Assembly (NCBI RefSeq): GCF_006345805.1
Contig: NC_043004.1
Location: 51,832,001-51,896,000 of the forward strand
Direction of reading: 5' to 3'
Length of the DNA stretch: 64,000 nucleotides
Source: Octopus sinensis
Lineage: Eukaryota
Part shown: positions 11,650 to 23,739 of the stretch, piece by piece
How positions within the stretch are numbered: the stretch's first letter is position 1
Layout: each line of letters begins with the position of its first letter
Program-made: the position numbers and the translations under genes
The notes under the pieces: generated by a model
Told to the model about the DNA's origin: nothing
The model's database searches: none
The model's input: only the letters and a program-made list of their open reading frames with translations

Positions 11650-11878
11650 TTAACCCTTTCATTACTGTATTTATTTTGAGATGCTCTGAGTTTCTTTTAA
11701 TTACTTTGAATATAACAAAGAATTTAGTAAAATAACTTAGTTATCATTCAGCTAGTATTAGGAACATAAATTGTGACTAAGGTTTGGTGGAAGATTTTAA
11801 TTCAAAACTTAGGAAAACAAGACATTTGTACTACAAAGCCAGTGCCGGTTTCAGCCGGGTTGGGAACAAAAGGGTTAA
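11650..11878. mobile_element. piggyBac-like MITE, family A
   Basis: TTAA-CCCTTT ... AAAGGG-TTAA ends; near-identical copies at 20469, 36790 and 37330. Confidence 0.88.
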
Positions 11879-12022
11879 ACGTGAATGTTCTGTTAGAACA
11901 AACTAAACTGTGAAACTCTCGTATTGGTTCTTGGTGAAGAATGTCCTGAACCAAAAGCCAATAGGAGAGTTTCTCTCATGGAATCTACTGCAGTATAGTT
12001 TGTTCTAACAGAACATTCGCAT
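11879..12022. repeat. ~144-bp imperfect palindrome, probable hairpin MITE, flanked by TTAA
   Basis: GAATGTTCTGTTAGAACAAA pairs with TTTGTTCTAACAGAACATTC; inner AAACTCTCGTATTGG pairs with CCAATAGGAGAGTTT. Confidence 0.8.
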
Positions 12023-12684
12023 TTAAGTTGGGATAAATATTACCTGTCGGTACTAATACTGGCTTTGTCGCTAATAAATAAAAGGAATTTCACAGTGGTT
12101 AGTACTGAACACTGGTGGGGACTACGGGGCTATCCGAGGGGTTGATTTGTATCATATTTTTTTTCTTTATCAATTTTGTTTAGTATTTTCATTAAATTTC
12201 TTTAAATATTTCTGATTATAAAAAATGCAATAATGACTGATAAGGACAAAGGAATTACTGTTTTAAAACCAAGAAATTTAGAATTAAGTATTCTTTTTTA
12301 AATTTTTATTTTAGATTTACGCAACGAGGGTTGATAAGTCATCAACGATTCCACGAAGGAGGTCGATGATGTAAGAGTTTGCTGACTCCTGTTGATAAGC
12401 AAACAAGGAAATTGATATCACCGTTACCACTACTATCAACATTTTAATGTCCTTTCTTCTATGCCAGCATCAGTTGGACTGATGTATTAATACACAACAT
12501 CCTTACTGTACTTCTGCTGAACTGTACTGTCTTTGCTTCATTAAATTTCGAAAATAACAAAAGATTTATCAAAATAACTTTTGTCATTATCAAACTGGTG
12601 TTTGAAACGTAATTACATTAATCACTTGCCACATCACGGTTCACTTATCGCACCCTCAGTACATAGCAGACTTTGCTGGTTATT

Positions 12685-12831
12685 ATCATCATCATCATCA
12701 TCATTTAACGTCCACTTTTCCATGCTAGCATGGGTTGGACGATTTGACTGAGGACCGGTGAACTAGATGGCTGCGCTAGGCTCCAATCTGATCTGGCAGA
12801 GTTTCTACAGTTGGATGCCCTTCCTAACGCC
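12685..12831 (-). mobile_element. RTE-tail short element
   Basis: (TCA)n then TTTAACGTCC..CCATGCTAGCATGGGTTGGACG...GGATGCCCTTCCTAACGCC. Confidence 0.88.
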
Positions 12832-12859
12832 TGTTATATATGTAAATTACATAAATATA

Positions 12860-13260
12860 TGTAAATTTATATTGTGGATTCCTCAGTATATCATGGGTTT
12901 CTGTGGCCAATAGATATTTATATTTTTTAGATTTCAAATATTTCTGTGGTAAAATAAGCATTTTCACACCTAAAAATTAATAAATAGAAATAGAGTAGAG
13001 TACTGCACTATATAACACATTAATCAAAATAAATTAAGAGAATATGTATCATAAATGAGTAGACAACGAATTGCACATACTGTATGGAAAACAAAACTCG
13101 GGAGGCAGCGAGTGTGTGATGTTGTTTTGCATTCATAATAAGATATATACAAATTATAACAATAAAAACAATATACAGTACAGCACTATTTCTACTTAGT
13201 GGATTTTCACCTATTGCAGGGGGTTAGGGTTACACCTGCGATAGACAAGGGATTACTGTA
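12860..13260 (-). mobile_element. Tigger/pogo-like MITE, one TIR visible
   Basis: Ends CCTGCGATAGACAAGGGATTACTG-TA; internal block is the reverse complement of 13330-13400. Confidence 0.7.
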
Positions 13261-13262
13261 TT

Positions 13263-13878
13263 CAGTAATCCCTCGACTACAGCGGGTATTACAATCCAAA
13301 ACCTCCCATAGAAATAATTAAAATCTCAAAAAATATAAAAACCTATTGGCTGCAGAAACCCGCAATATACTGAGGAGTCCGTGATATGAATTTACATATA
13401 TTAGCCAGAAAAATCCACGATGTACTAAGTGTGCAATAGGTGAACTGCAATGTACTGAGTGTGTGATAGGTGAACTGTGATATGGCGAGGGATTATCTTT
13501 ATATATAAAAGTCAAGTTGTGTGTCTGTCTCCTACGATTTAGATTCCTAACTACTCCCACATTTTGCGGTGCAGTTTAACGACTATCTTATAGTCGTGAT
13601 TCATATCGAGCCCTTCTGGGTATTAGCGCGTGTCTACGATGAGTCTACGATTAAAAAAAAAATTTACTATCATTTTTTTCCATTTTAATGCATTTTTTCG
13701 CTATTATATAAGGGAAGTAACTCTAAAAATGTCTACGATGAGTCAACGATTTAAAAAAAAAATTTACCATCATTTTTTTTCCATTTTAATGCATTTTTTT
13801 GTTATAACTCTCTAAAAATGCTTATATAGTTATTTCCCTTACAAACCCGAGCTACGCCGGGCAATACTGCTAGTTGTA
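13263..13878 (+). mobile_element. Tigger/pogo-like MITE whose right TIR is split by a Helitron
   Basis: Left TIR CAGTAATCCCTCGACTA; right TIR GCGAGGGATTA|(Helitron)|TTGTA. Confidence 0.72.
13496..13873 (+). mobile_element. Non-autonomous Helitron
   Basis: 5' TC, 3' CCCG..CGGG hairpin then CTAG, inserted between A and T with no TSD; second copy at 31225. Confidence 0.9.
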
Positions 13879-13884
13879 CATAAA

Positions 13885-14100
13885 CTTTAACCAGTCACAT
13901 CTGGCCAAAATATTCTATTTTCGTTTCATGTTCAAACTAGTCAAATACAGTCTCTTACATTCACCCTATAATGTCATGCTAAAAGTAAACAATCCCATAA
14001 CCAAAATTTCAAGCCTGCAAGATAATGCATGGTTAATTCCAAACAATGTGGATAAAGAGCAATACATTTGACAAACTAATGTGACTGCTAAAAGGGTTAA
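13885..14100 (-). mobile_element. piggyBac-like MITE, family B
   Basis: Ends ..AAAGGG-TTAA at 14100; reverse complement of 14121-14346 and 33336-33555. Confidence 0.75.
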
Positions 14101-14120
14101 GGTGTTAATTTAGATCATTT

Positions 14121-14346
14121 TAATCCTTTAGTGTTTAGATTACTCTGTCAAATGTAATGCTTATTTATTCCTACTGCTTTCAAATTAATCATGTCTTATC
14201 TCAGCATTGAGATTTCAATGATGTGATTACTTATTTTTAAAGTAACATTGTAGGGTAGGTGTGAGAAGCAAGATCTGGTTGGTTTGAACAGAAAACAAGT
14301 AGACCATTCAGGACGGATACGGCTGGTTGAAATGTCAAAGGGTTAA
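14121..14346 (+). mobile_element. piggyBac-like MITE, family B
   Basis: TTAATCCTTTAG ... CAAAGGGTTAA. Confidence 0.8.
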
Positions 14347-14905
14347 AACAGGAAGTTTGTATAATAGAACCAAGGGCAGCTTTGGGTATGTTGGTATCAA
14401 AAGGGCTAATGTAATTCACTACTTTCTCTTCTGTTAACTCCAATGTTTCCAATCAAACTCCCTGTCCATTTACATGCAATCACCACCATCACCACAATAT
14501 TTTTACCCTCAGTCTAAAATATACTTGATTTCCCAAAATATCTTTCGTCTTTAATCTACACACATTAAAGAGATGTTCTTGCAACACAACATCTGTCTCT
14601 ACACATGAACATGGAATTATATAACTTCTCAAAGTCATTATGAATGCCAAACTGCTCCAAGACAAGTTCGACAGGATCTGATGAGCCCAAGGATTGCATC
14701 ATACTCCAATGTCCGCTTTGGTATGCTTTCTATGGCTGGATGCCCTTCCTAATGCCAACCACTTTACAATGTGTACTGGGTACAGTTTCATGCCAGCAGC
14801 ATTACTGAGATACTATGCAGGGTTTGCAAGACCATGACCTCCAAATGGGGAGTGGAGCTTCATGCTAGACGAAGCATAAAGGGGGTAATGTTAACATATG
14901 AGTAA

Positions 14906-15487
14906 AGACGGTCATCCGGAATGCTCACAGCAACCATATTCCTACCGCTCTATGTCACGCTGGTGAGACCCATATTGGAGTACGGGATTCAAGCCTCTTC
15001 TCCTTGTCTCCTCAAAGACATACAGCATCCTTGAAAGAGTCCAGAAGCTGGCTACCCGCATGGTTCTTGGTCTCAAGAATTTGTCTTATGAAGAAAGGCT
15101 GTAGACGCTCGACCTTTATTCTCTAGAAAAACGACGGCGCCATGGTGATCTCATTCTTGCTCACAACATCACAAGCGGAAAGTGTAACTTCTCGAAGGAG
15201 CTGTTCTTTACTCCTGCTCCAGAGCGTCGGTTGTGGGGTCATTCCGAAAAGCTCTGTCTGCGACGATTTCATCTCAATCGAAGAAGAGGGGCTTTCTCCG
15301 TCCGGGTTGCGGATCCATGGAATAAGCTGCCGGACGAGATGGTAAAGATGCCGACGACCGCTCAGTTCAAAGTCTCCCTTGACCTCAAGTGGCCTGAACT
15401 CTTTACATGAACACTACCCTGTACATAACTCCATGTCCCCCTACATGGCCTTGCTTTTTTGCTTTTTGAGCCAAAAAATTAACTAAC
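14906..15487 (+). pseudogene. CR1-clade LINE 3' end (reverse transcriptase C-terminus plus 3' UTR), 5'-truncated
   Basis: LYVTLVRPILEYG...[41 protein letters not shown]...RVADPWNKLP, with one frameshift and one stop; stop at 15408-15410; (TAAC)n tail. Confidence 0.93.
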
Positions 15488-16049
15488 ACCTGTTAACAAA
15501 GGCATTCAAACCATGACAATTCCACTTGTTTTGCATATGAACATCTACACTATTTGATGTATCTCCTTCTCCAAGATGGTAAAATCTGACCCGAGAGAAA
15601 TTTGGCTGCTGTTTCTAAATCAAACAACCAGGAAGAGACATACCTACAATGACTTAGCTTGTTTGAAGATGAAGGTTTTAGCAGTAACCACTAAAGATAA
15701 AAGCAAGAGAGAGCTTTTTGCCCTACAGTTTGATCTGCTAGGAATAGCAGTTAAATCTCTTAACTCTTTAGCATTCAGATTTCTTTGTCAAATCGTTGCT
15801 GTTATATTAAACTGGCGTATGCCCAAGTTTGGCCAAATGCATTTTTTTCAATATTATTTTTGCATCAATAGCCGGTTCTTTTGCTCACACTATTTCATCT
15901 CCACCTGCTTCAGATGCCAAGATATCAAAAATTGTCAAAATGTAGTACAACAGTTTTACTATGGAATGGTGAAACTATTTTTTCGTTTTCTGAAAAAGCA
16001 ACATTTTGGACTTACAACACTCTTGCATAATAGCAATGAAATGTAATGT

Positions 16050-16434
16050 TTACTCTTTTACTTGTTTCAGTCATTTGACTGCGGCCATGCTGGAGCACCG
16101 CCTTTAGTTGAGCAAATCGACCCCGGGACTTATTCTTTGTAAGTCCAGTACTTATTCTATCGGTCTCTTTTGCCGAACCGCTAAGTGACGGGGACGTAAA
16201 CACACCAGCATCGGTTGTCAAGCAATGCTCGGGGGACAAACACATACACACAAACATATATATATATATATACGTATATACGACAGGCTTCTTTCAGTTT
16301 CCGTCTACCAAATCCACTCACAAGGCATTGGTCGGCCCGGGGCTATAGCAGAAGACACTTGCCCAAGATGCCACGCAGTGGGGCTGAACCCGGAACCATG
16401 TGGTTGGTAAGCGAGCTACTTACCACATAGCCAT
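16050..16434 (-). mobile_element. SINE family 1
   Basis: Full reverse-complement match. Confidence 0.93.
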
Positions 16435-16923
16435 TTATTTACATTGTTTTTGATTTGTCATGCATTATCCTGTACTTAAAGATTTCAATGGTGTCTTTGT
16501 ATATTGTTCAAATGACATTGTAGGGTAGGTTTGAGATGCTAAAGGGCTAAACTTCACCCCACTGTCTTAAAATGGATCAATATACTTGGTAAGAGACTCC
16601 TGCTAAGAAGACTGGATGGTTCAGAGTTGGAATGCTCTTTGGTAAAATAAAATTCCTAGAGGTGAATATTGGTAGAGGAGAGGGAGTGTGACCAGTGGTT
16701 TGTTAGGTAGAAAACAAGAATGAAATATGCCAGATGTCATATGGTTGAGAGATAATTTGGCATTCTGGACCATGTCAGAATGTTACAGTGTTTTTCACCA
16801 AGATGGAATGTAAATTCAAAATACTGTATACACATGCATATGTGTGAGCAGGTGTGTGTGTATTTACATCTGTTTTTCCATGCTAGCAAGGGTTAGATGA
16901 ATATAGTATTGAATCATTGTTTT

Positions 16924-17094
16924 AAAAAGCACCCACTACACTCGCGGAGTGGTTGGCGTTAGGAAGGGCATCCAGCTGTAGAAACTCTGCCAGATCAGAC
17001 TGGAGCCTGGTGCAGCCCCTGGCTTCCCAGACCCGGGTTGAACCGTCCAACCCGCGCTAGCACGGAAAACGGACGTTAAACGATGATGATGATG
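16924..17094 (+). mobile_element. RTE-tail short element
   Basis: AAAAAGCACCCACTACAC..GGAGTGGTTGGCGTTAGGAAGGGCATCC...CGTTAAACGATGATGATG. Confidence 0.9.
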
Positions 17095-17313
17095 CCATTC
17101 CTGTTGCCAACCCTAACCTGTTTTCCAATCCAGATAATATTTCTCCATGGCCAGACATGTTTCTGCAGAAGATTGGAAATGAATGAAACAGTTTATAGGA
17201 CAGTAACATACATTTACAATTATCATGCGATGTCAAGACAAGGACACACATGTGCGTACATGCACACGCGCTACAAGCTTGTAAAAGAAATATAAGTACT
17301 TTATGTACTAATA

Positions 17314-17480
17314 TAGGCGCAGGAGTGGCCGTGTGGTAAGTAGCTTGTTTACCAACCACATGGCTCCGGGTTCAGTCCCACTGCATGGCACCTTGGGCAA
17401 GTGTCTTCTACTATAGCCTCGGGCTGACCAAAGCCTTGTGAGTGGATTTGGTAGATGGAAACTGAAAGAAGCCCGTCGTA

Positions 17481-17527
<47 letters not shown>

Positions 17528-17728
17528 CTGTGTGTCTGTGTTTGTCCCCCTAGCATTGCTTGACAATCGATGCTGGTGTGTTTACGCCCCCGTCACTTAG
17601 TGGTTCGGCAAAAGAGACCGATAGAATAAGTACTGGGCTTACAAAAGAATAAGTCCCGGGGTCGAGTTGCTCGATTAAAGGCGGTGCTCCAGCATGGCCG
17701 CAGTCAAATGACTGAAACAAGTAAGAGT
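17314..17728 (+). mobile_element. SINE family 1, full length
   Basis: Head-to-tail match. Confidence 0.95.
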
Positions 17729-18520
17729 TATGTATGCATGCATAAATGTGTGTAGTGAGAGAGAGAAGATGCACGTCATTATTTTGCATCTATTTTTCCA
17801 TGATGATACAAGTTGCACTCTCTGTTGTAGCCCTTATCTATTTGAAGAAGAACAACGAAGAAAAAACCCACCACTATCTGTTGATGTTGGTATTGAGTGT
17901 ATGTGTGCATATGCACACACATACATAAACATGCATATATTCGCATGTATGAAGACGAGTGTAGGCACATTTGTGTGTGAATGTCATTGCGCCATATGTT
18001 ATACATACAGTTATCAGTTGAAGTAAACAAGATACGCAGTGACTTCCACCCCGTCATGCCACACTACTCCCCTCTCACAGAAAGACAGAAAAAAACCAAT
18101 GTGAAGGGGGAGGATGACTGTCATCCCTGCACCCCGCCCAACAAAACAGGTGGTAGGAGATGGAAGGGGTAGAGTGGAGGCAATGTAGGGCAAGAATGGG
18201 AATGTAGACAATTATAGCAGCAAGTAAATATTATGTAAACCCCAACACTCCTCTAAGCATGAACAGCATGCAAGCAGAAAGCTCAAAATTGCTACAAACG
18301 CTACGCTGTGCCATCCCCTAGCATCCCTTGTTGTGAACATACATTATCAAAATAGCAAGGACTTCATCACATAACCCTGGTCCCACCCTCTCTCTTCAGA
18401 GCCAGACTATAGTCCAGATCCCAGCAACTACTATTAAGCATCTAAGAAATTCTGGTGAGACCCATCCACAATGGTCTGGAGGTTCTGATTAACCCTTTAG
18501 GATTCGCATTAATTTACCAA

Positions 18521-19088
18521 ACCGAGACCTATGGAAGTATGCCGTGCGTGAGAAGATCCAGCAGGACAAGTGAGACCATAAACCCGTGGCCTCTACCTGG
18601 GATGTAGCCAGTCCACTTATGCATGCCTTTCCTTCTTGGGACACAAAACTCTACTTGTGAAGACCTGTTGAGGCAAGTGAGAATCAAAATCAAAATCAAA
18701 ATCGATCAACATCAATGGAAATTGTAGCTGTGATACCAGTGCCGGTGTCACGTAAGCGAACCATCCAAACGTGGCCATTGCCAGTGCCGCCCCAACGGGC
18801 CTCCGTGCCGGTGGTACGTAAAATGCACCAGCCGTCATGGCTGTTGCTAGCCTCGCCTGGCTCCCGTGCCGGTGGCATGTAAAAAGCACCATCCGATCGT
18901 GGCTGTTTGCCAGCCTCCTCTGGCACCTGTACCGGTGGCACGTAAAAAGCACCCACTACATTCATGGAGTGGTTGGCGTTAGGAAGGGCATCCTTCTGGC
19001 TTCCCAGACCCCAGTTGAACTGTCCAACCCATGCTAGCATGGAAAGCGGACGCCAAATGATGATGATGATGATGATGATTAATGATGA
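18521..19088 (+). mobile_element. RTE-clade LINE 3' end: last codons plus 3' UTR with a 4-unit tandem repeat and (TGA)n tail
   Basis: RDLWKYAVREKIQQDK* (stop 18571-18573) fits the RTE terminal DRxxW motif; the terminal ~150 bp is the same as the dispersed short elements. Confidence 0.8.
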
Positions 19089-19609
19089 ATGCTTCTATAT
19101 CCATACCATTTTTCAAAAATTAATCATGTAGTATCTTGTATCTTCAAAATTTTGAAGATGTAATTGTTTGTATTTAGAACAACATTGTAGGGTAAATGTG
19201 AGAGGCTGGATCTGGCCAGTTTCAACATCAAACTGGTAGAATATCTGGGCCGGATATACCTGGTTTAAATCTGATTAAACTCTTTAGCATTCCAAATACT
19301 ATGTCAAATGTAATGGTTATATTACTTCATATTATTTTGAATTTTTTTTTTCAGTATGTAAAATATTATTTTAGCCACAGCATCTTTTATATTTTTTAAC
19401 TTCATTGTTTATCTTTTGTTTCAGTCATTAGACTGTGGTCATGCTGGGGCACTGCTTTGAAGAATTTCAGTCACATTAGTCAACTCCACTACATTTTTTT
19501 TAAGCCTGCTGAATTGCTAAGTTACGGGGAAGCAAACACACCAACACAGGTTGTCAAGTGGTGGTGGGGGACAAACACCAAAACACACACACACCGCCAT
19601 ATATATATC

Positions 19610-19762
19610 ATCATCGTTTAACATCCGTTTTCTGCGCTAGCACGGGTTGGACGGTTCGACCGGGGTCTGGGAAGCTAGGGGCTGCACCAGGCTCCAGCCT
19701 GATCCGGCAGAGTTTCTACAGCTCGATGCCCTTCCTAACGCCAACCACTCTGCGAGTGTAGT
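19610..19762 (-). mobile_element. RTE-tail short element
   Basis: Reverse-complement match to 16924-17094. Confidence 0.88.
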
Positions 19763-19792
19763 TAATATATGTGTGTATGTATGTATATATAT

Positions 19793-20020
19793 ACCTATTT
19801 CTTTATTACCCACAAGGGGCTAAACATAGAGGGGGCAAACAAGGACAGACATAGGTATTAAGTCGATTACATCGTCTCCAGTGCGTAACTGGTACTTAAT
19901 TTATCGACCCCGAAAGGATGAAAGGCAAAGTCGACCTCGGTGGAATTTGAACTCACAACGTTGTGACAGACCGCTAAGCATTTCACCCGGCGCGCTAACG
20001 TTTCTGCCAGCTCGCCGCCT
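19793..20020 (-). mobile_element. SINE family 3 (tRNA-derived, GGCGAGCTGGCAGAAACGTTAG head)
   Basis: B-box-like GAGTTCAAATTCC; tail CCCCTTGTGGGTAATAAAGAAATAGG. Confidence 0.9.
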
Positions 20021-20468
20021 TATATATATATATATATATACACATACACACACACTTTATTTTATCAACATCCTGAAGGATGAAAGGCAAAGCTGACCAA
20101 TATGGAATTTGAATTCAGGTATCGCTGTGTGGTGAAGAGGCTTCCTTCACAAACCACATGGTTATGGCACCTTGGGCATGTGCCTTCTACTATTATCTTG
20201 GGCCGACCAAAATCTTGTCAGCGGATTGTTAAATGGAAACTGAAATAAGCTCATCATTATATATGTGCGTGTGCCTGTTTTTCCTCCCACCACCACCACT
20301 TGATTGTTGGTTTGTTTACATCCCTGTAAATCATTGGTTTGGCAATAACAGACCAATCTGAAAAAAAAAAAGGTACTAAGGTTGTTTCATTCAACTAAAA
20401 CTTCTTCAAAGTGGTGCCCCAGCATGGCGCAGTTTAATGACTGAAACAGATAAAAGACAAAATATAAT

Positions 20469-20686
20469 TTAACCCTTTCATTACTGCATTTATTTTGAGA
20501 TGCTCTATGTTTCTTTCAATTATTTTAAATATAACAAAGAATTTAGTAAAATAACTTAGTTATTATTAAGCTAGTGTTAGGAATGTAAACTGTGACTAAA
20601 GCTTGGTGGAATATTTTAATTCAAAACTTATGAAAACAAGACATTTTACCACATAGCCAGAGCCGGTTTAGTAACAAAAGGGTTAA
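20469..20686. mobile_element. piggyBac-like MITE, family A
   Basis: TTAA-CCCTTT ... AAAGGG-TTAA. Confidence 0.88.
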
Positions 20687-20814
20687 AGAACTGGAAGAAA
20701 TAACACTGAACATTTATCCGATGTAGTCGTGATTCAGCCAGTTTGTTGCTTTCGTAGTGAGTAAAGTTAAAAAAAAAAAAAATAAAAAATAAAAAAAATA
20801 AAATAAAAACCAAC

Positions 20815-20952
20815 CAGAATAAAAACATTGTAACAATGAAGAACATTGCGTAAACAGATGGTACAACGATCTTGATCATCAGACTGTCGGATTCGAGTTT
20901 TGCTATCATCCATATGATTCTCTTCAACAGTTGATGCTTGCTTCTTGAGAGA
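20815..20952 (-). CDS. Candidate internal coding exon (SLKKQASTVEENHMDDSKTRIRQSDDQDRCTICLRNVLHCYNVFIL), product unknown
   Basis: Strong acceptor TTCTTTCTTTTCTGTGTCTTTTCAG. Weak donor CTG|GTTGGT followed by a U-rich tract. 138 nt, phase 0-0. A second frame is also open, so frame and 3' boundary are uncertain. Confidence 0.4.
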
Positions 20953-21154
20953 CTGAAAAGACACAGAAAAGAAAGAATATATTAGTGAGGGTGAAGTACA
21001 CAAGAGCATTTTTAAAGAAATATATGTGTTTGTCATACTGTTTGGTGGTTGCTTAGTTCCTAAACAAGCAAACCTAAAATCAAAGTTGTTCCAAATCTGA
21101 CCATCCCAAGAAAGAATACATTAATGGGTGAAATACACAAGGGCATTATACAGA

Positions 21155-21190
<36 letters not shown>

Positions 21191-22502
21191 GTGTGTGTGT
21201 GGGGGGGGGGGTTGTTTGGTTCCAGATAGTTCCTAAACAAGCAAACCTAAAATCAAAGTTGTTCCAAATCTGACCATCCCATTTTTTTTCTAGACATTGT
21301 ACGACTACATTATGAGATGTTTACTTCAACTCTTTTGGAGGAGATTTGGCTGCTACCTTTAGCAAATAGGAGGACCATACAAGGCTTGTATGATGGTTAA
21401 CTAGGGTTTGAATATGGTGTTTTTGTATACATGCAGTTAGTGGGTGCATATGTGGCTCTCTGTAGTTGATTGTATGTATGGGGTGAATGTGTGGCTTTGT
21501 GGATACATATGTTTACACAGAGTTGGCATGTATTAAATATGGCTGTATAAATGTTTGTAGAAATGTGTGTGTTTGTGTGTACATGCATGTTAATAGGAAC
21601 GTGTACAAATATGTTTCGTTATGTTTATTTTAACTATAGGCGCTTCTTGTTTGAACAAACTGGTTAGCCTGCACAGATAGAACGACAAAGTCAATGAAAG
21701 ATAGAATTTCCTCAAGGATTGGAAGAAATCTATCCAGATTTACTTTCACACACATACACATATACACACAGAAGATCTACATAAAGGAATAAAAACTACA
21801 AAAAAGTAAAAAGAAATATAAAACATTCATCATTATAGCAGATTTGAACATAAAATCTTTGGGTTTGGTGCAGATTAACAGCTGAATGCCAAGGGAAAGA
21901 GAGTTTACAGAAGTGGAAATAAAAGAAAGATGGAAGACAAGGGTTAATTTTGAATAAAACCATGGGACCCATTAGACTAGAGTGGTTTTTACAGGTGGAG
22001 AATAACAAACAAGAGCATCAACAATGATGACAAATCACTGATATTTAGTAGGGAAAAATAAAAATTCTAAGAGAAGAAATGGAAGACTGATAGAGGATTT
22101 TTTAAAACCAAATACCATCTTTGAACTATGTTTTGGAACCATCTTTAGAACTGACTGCACAAATGTTATAGAACAAATTGTTATTGATGTTATATGGTTC
22201 CATAGCAGCACCAATCCAACAGAACTATCATAAAGTGTTGTGGTGGTCACCATCCCAGACCTGTCCCTCAGAAGTATTGGGGCAGGTATGACTGTGTAAT
22301 CAAGAAGCTTGCCTTGCAACCACCTGATTTGGAGTTCAATGCTACTGCATGGCCTCTTGGACAAGTATTTCAAATTTTTTTCTCTAAAAACCTTCCTGAT
22401 TACTTCCGTAAACAACCTTGCCTAGGCTTGTGCCTCAGAAGTGGACTTTCTCAGTGCAACCCCATGGTCATTCATGATTGAAAGTGTCTTTACTCTTTAC
22501 CC

Positions 22503-22543
<41 letters not shown>

Positions 22544-23739
22544 TGTGTGTGTCACTGTGCTTGACAACTGGTGATGGTTTGTTCATGTCTCAAGTCCTTA
22601 GTGGTTCGGCAAAAGAAACCAATAGAATAAGTACAAGGCTTTAAAAAAATAAAAAGTACTAGGGCCCTTTGGTTCAACTAAACCTTTCAAGATGGTGCCC
22701 CAGCAGGGCCAAAGACCAGTTTGTGATTTGAGGAAAATCTGGCTGCTGCTGCTTCTAGTATGTTGAATTATTAAGCTGAGTCAGAGAAGTGAAATTGCTA
22801 TTGTTGTTTAGACCAAGGTCAGCCCTAAACTGGCAGACCTATCCTCAGTAGTGTTCTAGATACCTTATTTCTTCTATTCAGACCAAGTGTACCTAGGACT
22901 ACATAATCCGACAGAAACACTGACCAAATGCTTCATGCTACAGGTCAAATCTATTTGACCAGATTCTGGCCCATGGTAGCACAAGACACAGTCTATTATA
23001 AGGCAGGCCACACCACTAAAAATAAGTCATGGCAATTTTCCAATGCCGTGGCATACATAATGTCCTGCAGGTTGCAATTTGCCCAAGGGGGAGCCTCTAC
23101 AAGGCCACCTGTAGAGATTACTGACCAAATCTTCCTCAAAATCACATCAATCTTTTACATCCATTTTTTTTTACATTCTGCTGAGGTTGACTTTGCCTTT
23201 CATCCTCTAGGAAATGATAAATTAAGTAGAAGTTGAGCACAGGGGTTGATGTAATTGATCTACCCACTCATCTGAAATTGCTGGCCTTGTACCAAAATTT
23301 GAAATCAATATATTTTACATCCATCTTCCATTCTAGTTTGGGTTGGAAAGGATCATTCAAATCCAAATCAGTTCTTATTCAAAATATTACCCGTTTGGAG
23401 AGAGGTTGGAGGAGCAAGCAGTGTACGTTGTATGGAGGGGGGGAGACTTACCCTGGCTAAAGTGTGTGTTTATATGTAGGAATGGTCAGTGGGAAGGCAG
23501 GGGGCAGCAACAGCAGCAGCCATAAAATATTCATAAGAAATAATAATGATAAAAATATCTGATGCAATTAATAGGAGAAATAGTTTTTTTTTTTTTTTTT
23601 TGCTTTTATTGAAAACTGATTCACCCAACATGACTGACATGTTCAAGTGGAGACACTCTTGCTCTAGACAAGTAGTTCTTTGCTCTAATTGTTCCTGATC
23701 TGTACCACTACACCACCACCACAACACAAGATCAACTGA

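Noticed and set aside
12315-12370. FTQRGLISHQRFH as a C2H2 finger end
   Set aside because: Phe-to-Leu spacing is one residue short and there are no upstream cysteines; the CpG-rich patch at 12050-12400 remains unexplained
7782-17895. Phase-compatible plus-strand exon chain (7782-7823, 7890-7978, 12315-12370, 17837-17895)
   Set aside because: Splice-like sites are frequent by chance in AT-rich DNA, the joined peptide resembles nothing I know, and it conflicts with the better-supported minus-strand unit. Worth one RNA-seq look only.
18739-18955. CRISPR-like repeat-spacer appearance
   Set aside because: The intervening segments are homologous to each other, the context is a eukaryotic LINE 3' UTR, and no cas genes are present
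20845-20880. DRCTICL as a RING finger start or CaaX box
   Set aside because: The remaining RING ligands are absent and there is no stop after the Cys-x3
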